This document shows, in pieces, positions 1 to 12,810 of a stretch of 64,000 nucleotides of DNA. The notes under the pieces were generated by a model. The model worked only from the letters and a program-made list of their open reading frames with translations, was not told the DNA's origin and did no database searches. Positions within the stretch are counted from its first letter, which is position 1. Every line of letters begins with the position of its first letter. Made by a program: the position numbers and the translations under genes. Source of the stretch: Octopus sinensis (Eukaryota); NCBI RefSeq assembly GCF_006345805.1, contig NC_043005.1, forward strand, positions 90,520,001 through 90,584,000. Direction: 5' to 3'.

Positions 1-615
1 CTGTCAAATGAAATGCTTATTTATTCACATCATTTTGAATTAATCAGGCCTTAATCTCATAGCTTCAAAATTTTGATGATGTGATTGTTTATTTTTATGA
101 TGACATTGTAGAGTGGGTGTGAAAGGTCAGCTCTGGCTGGTTTGAACATAAACAAGTAGAATATTTGGGCCTGACGTGATTGGTTTAAATGCAAAAGGGC
201 TAATTAACAAAGCAAGGCCATTAAGGGTCAGATCCTAAGGAAAATTAGCATTTAAACTGGCCATATCCAGCCCAAAATGGTCTACCTGTTTTATGGTCAA
301 ACTGGCCAGGTCTGGCCTCTCACACATACCTGACAATGTCATTTAAATCATAAACAATTACATCATCAAAATCCCAAAGCTACAAGATGACGCGTGATTA
401 ATACAAAATAATGTGAATAGATAAGCTTCACATTTGACAGGTGAAGTTGAATGCTGAAAGGTTAAAGAACCTAATACCTTTAATTAATCATTCTACAAGA
501 CAATGACATATAAGAACTGGTTAAGTATCAAGTATTAAGTGTTACGGTTCATTTATGGGCATCTGTTCAATCCAGTCTACTTGGCTGTAAATAAGTACCA
601 ACTGGGTATTGGCAC

Positions 616-650
<35 letters not shown>

Positions 651-984
651 GAAAATGGAATTTTTTTGAGATCATTTAATAATAATAGTTTTGATAAATA
701 AAACCAAAAATTTTCCATTTACTTGTTTGGTTATTCAACAACTCAGCAAATAATATTTCCATAATTCTCAATTTTAAAGTGTGTTTCTACATATAACATT
801 ATGGATACATTGATTGTGATAATAGAATAATCAGATGTACTTTGAGAGGAAACAGCTGGAATTTACCCTAATTACCTAGATCATATTTATATATATATAA
901 TATATACATATATATATACCAGAGTAAGCACATAAATATGAAACAAGGTGGAGAAAATAGTACTCGAATACCAGAGGTAGAGTA

Positions 985-1212
985 ATATGCTTTATTAATA
1001 AAGCTGCAAAAATATCATAAAAACTGTTACTCAGAGTTTCACATTCCTGTTCATCGGACAGTTTTGTTTAGAATGGAACAAAAATAAGGTTCTAAGCAAA
1101 TATGTACAATTAGTTTGATAGATACACGTTTGAAAACTGTCCAATGAATGGAAATGTGAAACTCTGAGCAACAGTTTTTGCGGTATGTTTGCTGCTTTTT
1201 AATAAAGTATAT
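985..1212. repeat. Inverted repeat (about 80-bp arms, 985-1065 and 1133-1212) next to (TA)n; Penelope-like inverted pseudo-LTR
   Basis: The arms are reverse complements with scattered mismatches, and each carries a hammerhead-like motif. Confidence 0.8.
1020..1065 (-). ncRNA. Minimal type I hammerhead ribozyme candidate in an inverted Penelope-type terminus
   Basis: Minus strand reads AAAACUGU-CCGAUGA-ACA(GGAA)UGU-GAAA-CUCUGAG-UA-ACAGUUUU. This gives an 8-bp stem I, a 3-bp stem II with GNRA loop, stem III ACU/AGU and a GUA cleavage triplet. The only core deviation is U4C. Confidence 0.65.
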
Positions 1213-1526
1213 ATATATGTGTGTGTGTGTGTAGATAGACAGATACATACATAAATTATGAGAATGGTTCTCTTAATGAACAAACTGAATAATGAATGGT
1301 TTTCCTGAAGATAATTAAACTCACAAAACCAGCTAAGAATTGATCAGTGAACCATGAACAGGCATGGCTTTGTGGTGAGAAGCTTGCTTCCTAACCAGAT
1401 GGTTCCAGGTTCAGTCTCACTGTGTGGCATTTTAGATAAGTGTCTTCTGCTATAGCCTCAAGATGACCAAAGCCTTGAGGGTGGATTTGTAGATGAAAAC
1501 TGAAAGAAGCCAATCATGCATATACT

Positions 1527-1530
1527 GTAA

Positions 1531-1569
<39 letters not shown>

Positions 1570-1742
1570 GATATATATATATATATCTATATATATATAT
1601 ATGTATATATATACATATATATATGTATATATATATATATATGTATATTATATATATATGTATATATATATTATGTATATATATATATATATAATATATA
1701 TGTATATATATATATGCATATATATATATGTATATATATATG

Positions 1743-1773
<31 letters not shown>

Positions 1774-1865
1774 TGTATATATATATATATGTATAATATA
1801 TATATGTATATATATATATATGCATATATATATATATGTATATATATATTGCATATATATATATG

Positions 1866-1915
<50 letters not shown>

Positions 1916-1952
1916 ATATATATATATATGTATATATATATGTATAGATATA

Positions 1953-1992
<40 letters not shown>

Positions 1993-2048
1993 GTATATAT
2001 ATAGTATATATATATATATGTGTATATGTATATATGCATATATATGTG

Positions 2049-2084
<36 letters not shown>

Positions 2085-2120
2085 ATATATGTATATATGT
2101 ATATATGTATATTATATATA
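1527..2120. repeat. About 600-bp compound (TA)n/(TATG) microsatellite
   Basis: Almost exclusively alternating T/A. Source of the spurious YIYI ORFs. Confidence 0.98.
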
Positions 2121-2594
2121 TGCCGGTGACACGTAAAAGCACTGTCCGTTTGTGGCCGTTTGCCAGCTCAGTCTGGCCCCGTGTCGGTGGCACGTAAAAG
2201 CACCATCCGTTGTGTTCGTTGCCAGCCTCGGCTGGCCCCCGTGCCGGTGACACATAAAAGCACTGTCCGTTCGTGGCCGTTTGCCAGCTCTGTCTGGGCA
2301 CGTAAAAGCACCATCCGTTCGTGTCTGTTGCCAGCATCGCCTGGCCCTGTGCCGGTGACACGTAAAAGCACCATCCGTTCATGGCCGTTCGCCAGCTCTG
2401 TCTGGCATCTGTGCAGGTGGCACGTAAAAAACACCCACTACACTCGCGGAGTGGTTGGCGTTAGGAAGGGCATCCAGCTGTAGAAACACTACCAGATCTG
2501 ACTGGGCCTGACGAAGCCTTCCAGCTTCACAGACCCCAGTTGACCCGTCCAACCCATGCTAGCATGGAAAGCGGACGCTAAATGATGATGATGA

Positions 2595-2597
<3 letters not shown>
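2120..2597 (+). mobile_element. SINE-like retroposon family A (internal tandem units plus RTE-like 3' tail ending in (GAT)n)
   Basis: Tandem GTGCCGGTGGCACGTAAAAGCAC units, body cccactacactc..ggaagggcatccagctgtagaaac, tail cccatgctagcatggaaagcggacg..gatgatgat. About 20 further copies, e.g. 11860-12140+, 12940-13270+, 16230-16640-, 18980-19430+, 21710-21940-, 23310-23480-, 24550-24880-, 25480-26110-, 26405-26640+, 27400-27780-, 40880-41290+, 44090-44610+, 46430-46720+, 47790-48000-, 48400-48630+, 49210-49455+, 60670-61290-. Confidence 0.85.
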
Positions 2598-2631
<34 letters not shown>

Positions 2632-3439
2632 CATACATACATATATATGTGTGTGTGTGTGTATATATATATACACACACACACACACAGATATATATAT
2701 ATATATATATACACACATGTGTATGTGTCTTTTGTGTGTGTTTGTCTTTCACCACCGCTTGACAATCAGCATTGGGGTGTTTTTGTTGAACGTAGCAGTT
2801 CATCAAAAGAGACTGGTAAAATAAGTATTAGGCTTTAAAAACAATCCTGGGGTTGATTTGTTCAACTAAAACCCTTTGTGACAATGTCTCACAATGGCTG
2901 CAGTCAAACAACAATAACAAGATTTCTCATGTTTTTTGCTAAAAAACATAACCATTGATCGACAGAAGCAAGACATAGTGAAAAACGTCTCACCCCACAC
3001 ACATGTATATATGTATATACTTATGTATTTGCAATCAATAACTGAAGGTTGAAAGGAACAAATAAAAATAGTTATCCTTTTATTTGTGTCATACTATGGG
3101 CTTACCACAAAACTCGGATTGCATAAGTTTTAGGATTGAGGTCAAGTTGAAAAAAACTTAAGCATAAAATAAAAAGAATTGATTATTACAGTGGTATACA
3201 TTGTTTGAAAATAGTACAGAGTATGAGAAACAGATCGAAAACATGTATGGTTCACATTGTGTAATATATATTTGTAAGTAGCTCGAGGTCAATGTATATA
3301 CGATCTATTGACTTATGTTATGCCTTATTAACTTACATTTTTCTGTTTTGCTCTTTTTTTCTTACTGCCTGGATTTTCTGGGAACATTTATGAAATATAA
3401 ATAGGAATTTCTCATGAAAGTTCATTCACTTAATCTCTG

Positions 3440-3710
3440 TTCTGTGTAAGAGTTTTTAACTCAACCACTTCTGACTCATTCCAGGGGTGTGACAAAGAGC
3501 CAAATCCTACTGCCACACATATGGCCTTCCAGCAGCAACCATCTCCAACCAGGGATTGACCACAGTCTCCAGCAGCTTCATATAGCCATCTGAATTTAGC
3601 TTAAGGCCCTGTTCAAAGATGTTGTGATAATCTCCACTGTGAAAAATCATCTTTGAACTCACAAGTAAGCTGAAGTGGGCACGATTTTGGTAAACTCTAA
3701 CCCATGGAAG
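3440..3710 (-). mobile_element. Tc1/mariner transposase fragment (degraded)
   Basis: Minus frame reads GLKLNSDGYMKLLETVVNPWLEMVAAGRPYVWQ*DLALCHTPGMSQKWL, similar to the DDE region QQDxAPxH. Confidence 0.75.
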
Positions 3711-4191
3711 ACACAGCTGTGAATAATGATGGTTCTACTAATTAGTGGCTGATTGGCCACATAATTTTTGCGTTTATGGCTTGCTAATAGGCAGGAACAT
3801 TATTTTCAGCCATAAACATAAAACCATTTGGCTGTTCAATTTTTGTGCCTTCCAAGAGTTAAACAAAATCACACCTGCCAAATCATACCTGTACCCCTTT
3901 GAAGGTTGTGCTTATTCTGTCTATTCTTAAAATACAACAAATATGACATTGTTGTGAAAAGATTTTGTTTTGTTTTACTTTTTTAATGACACTTCAATAA
4001 AAAACATTACAGATATTTGTCACAGATTTGTTAATATCTTGTTAGTTGATATTATTAAAATTATTATAATTTAGGAAAAGGCAAAGTGCAAGGAGAATAT
4101 TGTGGGAACATTGTTAGCCAAAGTATTGAGAGAATAGGTGCAGGCATAGCTGTGTGGTTAAGAAGCTAGTCTCTCAATCATGTGGTCCTTA

Positions 4192-4940
4192 ATAATAATA
4201 ATAAGAAGAAGAATGAAATTATTGTATACAGTGCTCAGGTGCTCTACAACTAGTCAAAAGTGCGTATAAAGCATATGCAGTAATGTACAAATGTTTGGGA
4301 AGTGAACAGTGTATGAGTCAGATAGATACTTGCGTGTGTATGGAGGGGGGAAAATCAGGTGTAGTATTGGCGAATCTCAGGAAGCATGGAAGTTTTGAAG
4401 GATGCAGTGCTCCGACAACTAACAACTGATGCCGGCAGTTTGTTCCATGCTTCAGCAACTCTTAGCATGAAAAAATGTTTCCGAAAGTCATGGGAGCTGT
4501 GCTGTTTTCTGACTTTGTAAACATGTCCACGGGTGTTAGAGAGATGGAGTTTGAAAAGGTGCTCAGAGTTATTGTTTGTAAGATGGTTAATAATTTTATG
4601 GGTGTCTGCCAAGTCAGCTGCCAGATGTCGGAGTTTCAATGTGTCCATGCCCAGGGAAGTAAGGCGTTCAGAATATGGCAAATGCCTGATGGAGGGTATT
4701 CTCTTGATTGCATGTCGCTGAACTAGCTTCCAGATGATTAATATCCTGGGTAAGATAGGGGTTCTAGACCGGTGATGCAAATTCCAGGTGATGCCGCACC
4801 ATAGCTATATAAAGCCTCAGATAGATAGCCGGAGATCGGCTCACAAAGGACTTGGTAAGTGATGCCAAGACACCCTCAGCCTTCTTGGCAATTTTAACAA
4901 TGTGTTTTGTCCAACACAAATTGCTGTCGACAATGATGCC
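4192..4940 (-). mobile_element. CR1-clade LINE 3' end (5'-truncated)
   Basis: RDLGIIVDSNLCW..YIAMVRHHLEFASPV and SNTRGHVYK..RKHFFMLRVAEAWNKLP, with an (ATT)-type tail. Confidence 0.9.
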
Positions 4941-5544
4941 CAGGTCACGTTCAGTCCTTTGTTCAGTCCTTCTGTACCACCACTTAATAGAAATGTCTTT
5001 TGCTATAGCCCTGGGTTCACCAAAGCCTTGTGAGTTGATTTGGTGGACAGAAACTAAAAGAAGCACTTCTTATGTGTACATGTGCATGTCTGTGTGTGTG
5101 TGTGGCTCCAAAGCTATGCAGAAATAGTATAAGTATAGCCTCTCCTCATATGCTGGTCCTTACACTCCAAGTTGAAATCCATGTAAATTATAAACACAAA
5201 CAGACCTGACACAATAATCTGTGTGGTCAATGTAAAGTGGTTGGCTTTAGGAAGGGCGTCCACGTGCAGAAACCAAGCCAAAACTGACGTTGGAGCTCGA
5301 TGCTGGAGGTGGACACTGTCAAACTGTTCAACCCTTGCTAGTGTGGAAAATGGACGTGAGGCTGATGATGGCGATGGTGATGATATTATACGACAGGCTT
5401 CGTCCAGTCTCTGTCAACCAAGTTCATTCATTGGTGAATCTGAGGTTGTAGTTGAAGGACACTTGTAACATACAATGCACACACTTATAAACATTAATAG
5501 AAATGCATAATGTAGATATACTCGACAGAAATAAATGCATCTTA

Positions 5545-5780
5545 AGGCGGTGAGCTGGAAAAGAATGGTTAGCACGCCAGGCGAAATGCTTTATGGTATT
5601 TCGTCTGGCACTACGTTCTGAGTTCAAATTCCGCCGAGGTCGACTTTGCCTTTCATCCTTTCGGGTTCGATTAAATAAGTACCAGTTACGCACTGGGGTC
5701 GATGTAATCGACTTAATCCGTTTGTCTGTCCTTGTTTGCCCCCTCTATGTTTAGCCCCTTGTGGGCAATAAAGAAATAAG
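5545..5780 (+). mobile_element. tRNA-derived SINE family B (resembles octopus OK/OR-type SINEs; family not verified)
   Basis: ggcggtgagctgg..gttagcacg head with A-box and GTTCAAATTCC B-box, ending in gcaataaagaaata. Other copies at about 6790-7010, 7820-8010(-), 28920-29120, 30740-30880(-), 34270-34490 and 47270-47690. Confidence 0.8.
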
Positions 5781-6109
5781 AAATAAATGCATCTAATTAC
5801 TAAAGATAATGATCTAAGGGAAATAACTTGCTGCAGATACGTGCACACATACACACACACACACACTTATAAATAGATACGTGCACGAGCATAAACACGC
5901 ACATACAAACACACATGTCTACATACACGGCACACTCAGAGACACACATATTTATACATACATAAATACATATATACAGGGTGTTTGGGCTAAGTTTGAT
6001 GGGGAATTTTTGTTTCCTTTTTTCTTCAGGAACATCTTGATGTATGGATGGAGAGTGGATGGTGTTGGAGAGCATAAAGATTAATGTTGTAGATGACAAA
6101 AAAGATAAA

Positions 6110-6502
6110 ATTTAAATTATCAACCATCTTACAAACAATAACTCTGAGCACCTTTTCAAACTCCACCCGTCTAACACCCGTGGACATATTTACAAAGTCA
6201 GAAAACAGCACAACTCCCATGACTTTAGGAAACATTTTTTCACGCTGAGAGTTGCTGAAGCATGGAACAAACTGCCAGCATCAGTTGTTAGTTGTCGGAG
6301 CACTGCATCCTTCAAAACTTCCATGCTTCCTGAGATTCGCCAACACTACACTTGATTTTCTCCCCTCCATACACACGCAAGCATGTATCTGACTCATACA
6401 CTGTTTGCTTTCCAGACATTTATACATTACTGCATATGCTTTATATGCACTTTTGACAAGTTGTGGTGCACCTGAGCACTGTATACAATAATTTCATTAT
6501 TA

Positions 6503-6552
<50 letters not shown>
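6110..6552 (+). mobile_element. CR1-clade LINE 3' end, second copy, inverted relative to 4192-4600
   Basis: Highly similar to the reverse complement of 4215-4598, ending in (ATT)n at 6498-6552. Confidence 0.9.
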
Positions 6553-6554
<2 letters not shown>

Positions 6555-7708
6555 GTCAACGTGGAGGACTGGAAACCATCTGAATATTGGAAAGAGTTAC
6601 TTGTATCATGATGATGTGCACAGGGTATCAAAATGTTCACATAGTGACTCATACTCAAGGTGGTGGTGGTGGTGGGTGATTTGGATAAACTGCCCCTGGT
6701 GAAGCTTTCATGGGGTGTCAGTGCTTTTGGGTTTGCTGTGTAAGTCTGTATAGGGGGCACAGAGGATGGATGGCAAATTCAGGGGCTGCTTAAGGTGGAA
6801 AGCTGGCTGAATCATTAGCACACCAGGTAAAAAGCTTAGTGGCAGTTTGTGCATCTTTATATCCTGAGTTCAAATACTGCTACGGTTGACTTTGCTTTTT
6901 ATCCTCTCGGGGTCGATAAAATAAGCATCAGTTGAGCAGTGGGGTTAATGTAACCAACTTGCACCCACTCCCAGCAACTGCTGGCCTTGTGCTAAAATTT
7001 GAAACCAAATTCAAGGGCTGCTACAGATGGCACACACTCTAGCTGCATTGCTGACATTATTAAGAGTCAGTGAGGAGAGGGACATGCCCATGAATTTTGC
7101 AGGGCCTTGAAGACTGATGAAGGAATTAATAAATAGTCTTCATATCCATCATTTATTAAGCATCACTGTCATAAAATCAAAAGGAAAGCTGATTGTTACT
7201 GCATTTAATGCAGGAAACATAAAAAAATCCCAAAAGCTGATCAGAATTAAATATCATTATCGTCATCATCATTTAACATCTTTTTTTCCATGCTAGCATG
7301 GGTTAGATGGTTCAACAAAGACTGACATGCACGAAGACTGTGCTGAACTCCAACGTCCAGTTTTGCATGTTTTCTGCTGCTAGATGTCCTTCCTAATGCC
7401 AACCACTTTACAGAGAGTACTCGGTGCTTTTTAAGTGGCACCAGCATTAGTGAGGTCACCAAGAATCATCATCATCATCATCATTTTTTTCTATGCTTGC
7501 ATGGCTTGGATGGAATTGGGTTGAGGCAGACTTTCTGCCGCTGGCTGTCCCTCCTGTCTCCACCATTTACCTGTTTTGAAGTAAAGTGATATTTATATCT
7601 ATGACAAGGAGAGTGGAAACAAAAGACCTGCTTGCACGATGGTGACACGCGTTTCAACTATCACATGGCAGAGGACAGTAACAGATACATGCACACACAT
7701 AAACATAA

Positions 7709-7787
<79 letters not shown>

Positions 7788-8049
7788 CACACATACATAC
7801 ATATATAATAATAATAATAATAATCCATTCTACTATAGGCACAGGGCCTGAAATTTTGGGGGAGGGGACTAGTCGATTACATGAACCCCAGTGTTTTACT
7901 GGTACTTAATTTATTGACCCTGAAAGGATCAACCTTGGTGGAACTTGAACTCAGAATGTGGTGACAGGCTAAGCATTTTGTCCAGTGTCCTAATGATATT
8001 GCCAGCTCACCACCTTAATATTAATAATGATGATGATGATGATGATAAT

Positions 8050-8520
8050 TGAAAGACTTCGGACAAAAATCTTGCCTCATTGATACGACTGTCCTAAACG
8101 ACATAAATGTATGTGTCAAGACCTACCAAAAACTGAGCAAGTAAAATGTGGAGTCTCAAGACTAAAACAGTACCTGTTGTCATAGGTGTTCTGGGAACGA
8201 TAGCAAAAGGGGCTGATTGCTACCTAACTCAGATACCAGGAAACCCCCAAGCAGAAATTCTAAAGATAGTGCTCATAGGGACTGCCCATGTCCTACATAA
8301 AATACTGTCTATGTAATCTCAAGTTTTAAAACAGGCTTATATTTTTCTTATGTTTTCTTAAACATTCTCTAGAACAATATTATGTACAAAACCAAATATA
8401 TGACACCCTGGGCAAAACACCAACATGAACTTCCAACTTGTTGTCTCTTGAGGTCTCTGGGTGAGACTTGGAGCCAGCTTGTACAAATACAAAGCAAAAG
8501 GCAAACAATTAATAATAATA
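8050..8520 (+). mobile_element. R4/Dong-like (RLE-type) non-LTR retrotransposon 3' fragment
   Basis: CLID.TV.ND and MWSLKTKTVPVVIGVLGTI motifs after the restriction-like endonuclease, followed by (AAT)n. Confidence 0.7.
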
Positions 8521-8669
8521 ATAATAATAATATCAAAAATAGTCATAATATTAATAATAATAATAATAATAATAATAATGCAATTACTTGAAATTTATAA
8601 CATGACAAACAGTGCAGTATAGTTTAATGATATATTCGCTAATATTTACATAACTTCATTTGGCAATGG

Positions 8670-8900
8670 TGATTATGGTGATGATGATGATGATCATCAT
8701 CATCATCACACCACTGTTGTCAGCACTGAAGTCAATGTGATAAGTGATCACCACCACTCTAATTACATGTCATCACTGCTGCCACCACATTCATCACCAT
8801 CATTATAATTGTCATCATCATCACCACCACCAACACCAGCACGATCATCATCTTCATAATTTTCACCACCATCACCATCATCACCATCACCACCATCAGT
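8670..8900. repeat. (GAT)/(CAT)/(CAC) trinucleotide low-complexity tract
   Basis: Direct reading. Gives the poly-His and poly-Asp pseudo-ORFs. Confidence 0.9.
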
Positions 8901-9564
8901 ATTTATTCCACATTTTTTTTTATATATGTTAGTCCCAGAAATGTGCAGTATAATACAAAAAAAAAATATTTTAAAATAATAAACTAAGCAACAAAAAGAA
9001 AAAAATGAAAGCAAGAAAATGATTAAAGATTTGTGAAGCTGTTTCATAAGTCTTTATTCTATTACTCTACATCACAAATATAGAAGCAATCTTCACTGAT
9101 GCAACTTCTCTGATTCTAAACACAAACCAACAAGTAATTTGCATATTTTAAAGTTGCTTTGTATTGTCAGCAGCAAGAGAGGTGGTGGTGGTGGTGGTGG
9201 CGGTGGTGATGGTCTAATTTCGTTTGAGACTTACTGACATAATACTGCCGAGTCTAGATTGCATTTAGGTCAGACAGTTGTGGCTTATAAAGAGTGAAAG
9301 AAGGACTCAGTAAAAAAAAATATTGCATCAGCTTTTTCGTGTTGGGTGAATGACAAAAAAAAAAGAAAACAGTAACAAGAAAATACTTTTTGTAACATAC
9401 TTGCATATATACGTACATGTGTACCTTATACATACATACTTATATATATCCATCGGTCTATCCATCTGTGTGACTATATATATGCATGCGTGTGTGTGTG
9501 CGTCTGCATTTAAAATGCCTTGTGAGCATAATATATAGAAAATGCATATAAGCAAACTTTTGCT

Positions 9565-9596
9565 GTATGTATGTATATATGTATGTATGTATGTAC

Positions 9597-9627
<31 letters not shown>

Positions 9628-9676
9628 TGTATGTATGTATGTATGTATGTATGTATGTATGTATGTATGTATGTAT
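9565..9676. repeat. (TATG)n microsatellite
   Basis: More than 20 TATG units. Confidence 0.97.
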
Positions 9677-10239
9677 AGCTCTCTGTCTATCTATTTCTCT
9701 GACACACACTCTCTCTCACTATATATATATATATATTGGCCTGCTCGCTTAGCCAGCAAGGCGGCATCATTTGAAGGCTAAAACAATGCAAAGCGCATTG
9801 TGACCAGTGATGTGTAGCAACATCTGATAGCCTGGTCGGTCACAGTGATATATATATATATATATAATCAGCAACATTTTATATCCTTTTTCTCTTTTTC
9901 TTTTGCATACTGCATGGGTCTCAAAGCCATTCATAACCAGCCACGTCATCTGAGACATACAGCAACAGAAATAAACTGCAGAAAAACAATGGACTACACA
10001 CATCTCCTCATGTCACTGACAACTAGAGAAGTTATCTTCTGCTGCTAAACCAAAGAGTTCTTTCTGTCATGTGTCAGATCTTATTTGAAGTTACTGCTCT
10101 CCAAGACAAGTACTTAACTTATCCATATTTCGTCCATCTGTTCAGTTTTGCAACATGGTTTCTATGACTGGATACATTTCCAACCACCAACCATTTTGTC
10201 ACATATACTGAATCCACTTTGTCATAGTACCATTTGTTG

Positions 10240-10271
<32 letters not shown>

Positions 10272-11029
10272 TAATGTCCATTTTCCATCCTGGTATGTGT
10301 TGAACAGTTGTAGGTCTTAATTATACTATGATCCATAGGTTGGAAGTAAGGAAGTGATTTCTGGTGATATCTATCTATCTGTCTATCTATCTATCAACAG
10401 GATTACAGGTTTGAAGGACATCAGGAATTGGAGGATAGCCTGGAACCTAATCAATCATCAATAAAACCTTAGATTCAATGTTATGTTTTCCACATCTTTT
10501 CACAGCCACACAAAAATATGACACAAACCACTGTGTGCAAATTTCTTTTTTTACTAGGCCTTCTTCTTTGGCCTCAAAATCACACGTTGATACACATCTC
10601 ATGTTCCCCCTCACTGGCTGTTGTATTTCTGAATAATAAAACAAGTATTCACTTCAGTTTGTATTCTCCTTCAGCTTGGAGTACTTCATTAAATAACCTT
10701 TTCCAGCCTTGAATCCAGAACTTTTATATTCCATCTCAGAAGATGAAAATGCAAGATGGTTTCTTTTCCAGAAAAAAGAGATTTGTCACATCTACATTGA
10801 ACACAAATTGGTGGTGGAGGGCTGGTGGGTAATTGCCACATTCAATGATATTCTTAAAAATTGGGGAAAATTCCTTGCCTGTCTGAGAGTCTGAACTTGT
10901 GGCTTCATCAATCACTTCCAGCCTATCTAAACATGTTTGTGTGTTTAAGTTTGATTCCACAGTGGGGCACCCTGGCCATGTTTCTTCTACCTTAACTTAC
11001 AGTTGACCAGTATATTACAAGTGGAATCT

Positions 11030-12810
11030 GATAGATGGAAACTCAAAAGCTATGAATCTGAAGAAGAGCTCATCATCTCGAAGTAAAAGGTATCAGTTGA
11101 ATTTGCAGATTTCTTTAAGGCATTCGAAAGTGTTAAAAGAAGGGTTTTGGTACATACTCTTTTGAATTATGGTACTGCAGTTGAGACTGGGTCTTTTTGT
11201 ATGAAAACTCATCAAACTTTGTGAAAAACCACAGAGAGTCCAAGTAAAGAGTTGCCAACAACAGCAGGAATCCTTCAAGGGGACATCCTAGCTTGTTTTC
11301 TCTTTGTGATTGCAGTAGGCTACATCCTTAGGCAAAGTCTTGACCTCATCAAAGACAAAGGCCTCACCATCAAGCAGAAATGATCAAAACATCAGCAAGC
11401 AAAGCTGTACCTCTCTGACATTGGCTATACTGATGATCATATCTTAGTAGAGGCACATGGTTTTGTGGTTAGGATGCTGCACTGGTGATAGTAAGATTGG
11501 GGTTTCAATTCTTGGACCAAGAGATGTGCTGTGTTCTTGAGCAAAACACTTCATTTCATGTTGCTCCAGTCCACTTAGCTGGCAAAAAGAAGTAATCCTG
11601 CAATGGTCCAGCATCCTGTCCAGTAGGAAGAATATAAGCTACAGAATCTGAGAAACTGGCCCTATGAGTGTCTATGAATTGGGAAGGAGCTCTTTTTTTA
11701 TAGCCTCGATCTTATCTTCACACTTCATCAGCTGCATGATGCACGAGACTTGTTAACACCCCGTGAGGATATTGCATCCAAAGTTGGTCTGTTTCTCAAT
11801 GCTAAGAAGATTATTGATCATCAATGAGGATGAAAGCCACCTGCCAATTTGTTCCAACAATGCCAGCACCGCCTGGACTGGCTTCTGTGCCGGTGGCACG
11901 TAAAAAGCACCAACCGATCGTGGCTGTTGCAGCCTCGCCTGGCACCTGTGCCGGTGGAACGTAAAAAGCATCCACTACACTCACGGAGTGGTTGGCATTA
12001 GGAAGGGCATCCAGCTGTAGAAACACTGCCAGATCAGACTGGAGCTGGTGCAACCTCCTGGCTTCCCAGACCCCGGTCGAACCATCCAACCCATGCTAGC
12101 ATGGAAAGCGGACGTTAAACGATGATGATGATGATGATGACAGTGTCTTCAAAACATTGGTGACTTCAAGTATTTTGAGTCCTGTGTTGCTGACAGATAG
12201 AAAGACTTTCTGACATGTAAGAGACAAGCCTGGAATAACTGTAGCGAGTTTCACAACATTTGACAATCAAATACTTCAAAGTGAACAAGGCTGGTCTTCT
12301 TCATGATAGGCGTAGAGGGAATTATTCTTTATGAAGCTGAAACCAGGGCTTGGAAGAAGGAACATCAAGATTGCTTTAATATTATATACACCAGGCTTCT
12401 TATCAGGGCTCAAAATAGTTAATGGCATGAGCACAAGGCCAAACAGGAATATATCCACCTATCTAATTGTTGCTCAATGCAAAATAGACTTAGTATTAAG
12501 TGTGTATAAGTAGCCATGCTGGACGTTATATTTTGGGGAATTACACACCCTAATAGAAGGATCAAAACACTTAGCCATATTAAACTGAGAACCTCTCTCA
12601 AGCTAATAGGGGATAGAGATTACTAGTGCAGTGTAGTAAAACATATCTCAGCTGTGGCATCATCAAAGCTGGCTGTGGGACTAATCAAAACAACAACAAC
12701 AACATCAGCAACCATTTGTAGGTAGATGTATGAAACTTTACAAAAACTTGCCTTGATAGATAGAAGATGGTTAAATGTTTCTAGCCTTCTTCTGACCAAG
12801 GAAAACTGAC
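11030..12810 (+). mobile_element. RTE-clade LINE reverse transcriptase and C-terminal region, degraded and interrupted by SINEs
   Basis: FADFFKAFESV, GILQGDILACFLFVIAVGYILR, LSDIGYTDD, KVGLFLNAKK, GDFKYF and YTRLL across frames with stops. SINEs inserted at about 11450-11700 and 11860-12140. Confidence 0.8.
11450..11700 (+). mobile_element. tRNA-head SINE family D
   Basis: gtggttagg..gtttcaattcttggacc..tgtgttcttgagcaaaacacttcatttc body. Related copies at 17150-17360(-), 40720-40870 and 47070-47200. Confidence 0.65.

Noticed and set aside
1514-2382. Long ORFs rich in YI/IY (up to 244 aa), and similar ones at 7.6, 9.5, 43.6 and 61.6 kb
   Set aside because: Translations of (TA)n, (TATG)n and (CA)n microsatellites, which lack stop codons in some frames.
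2120-2440. CRISPR-like repeat-spacer look of the GCACGTAAAAAGCAC arrays (also 44190-44460)
   Set aside because: Linkers recur rather than being unique, arrays sit inside dispersed SINE copies, there are no cas genes, and the context is eukaryotic.
5545-5640. tRNA-like heads with A and B boxes
   Set aside because: They are SINE 5' heads joined to conserved bodies and tails; no complete cloverleaf is evident.
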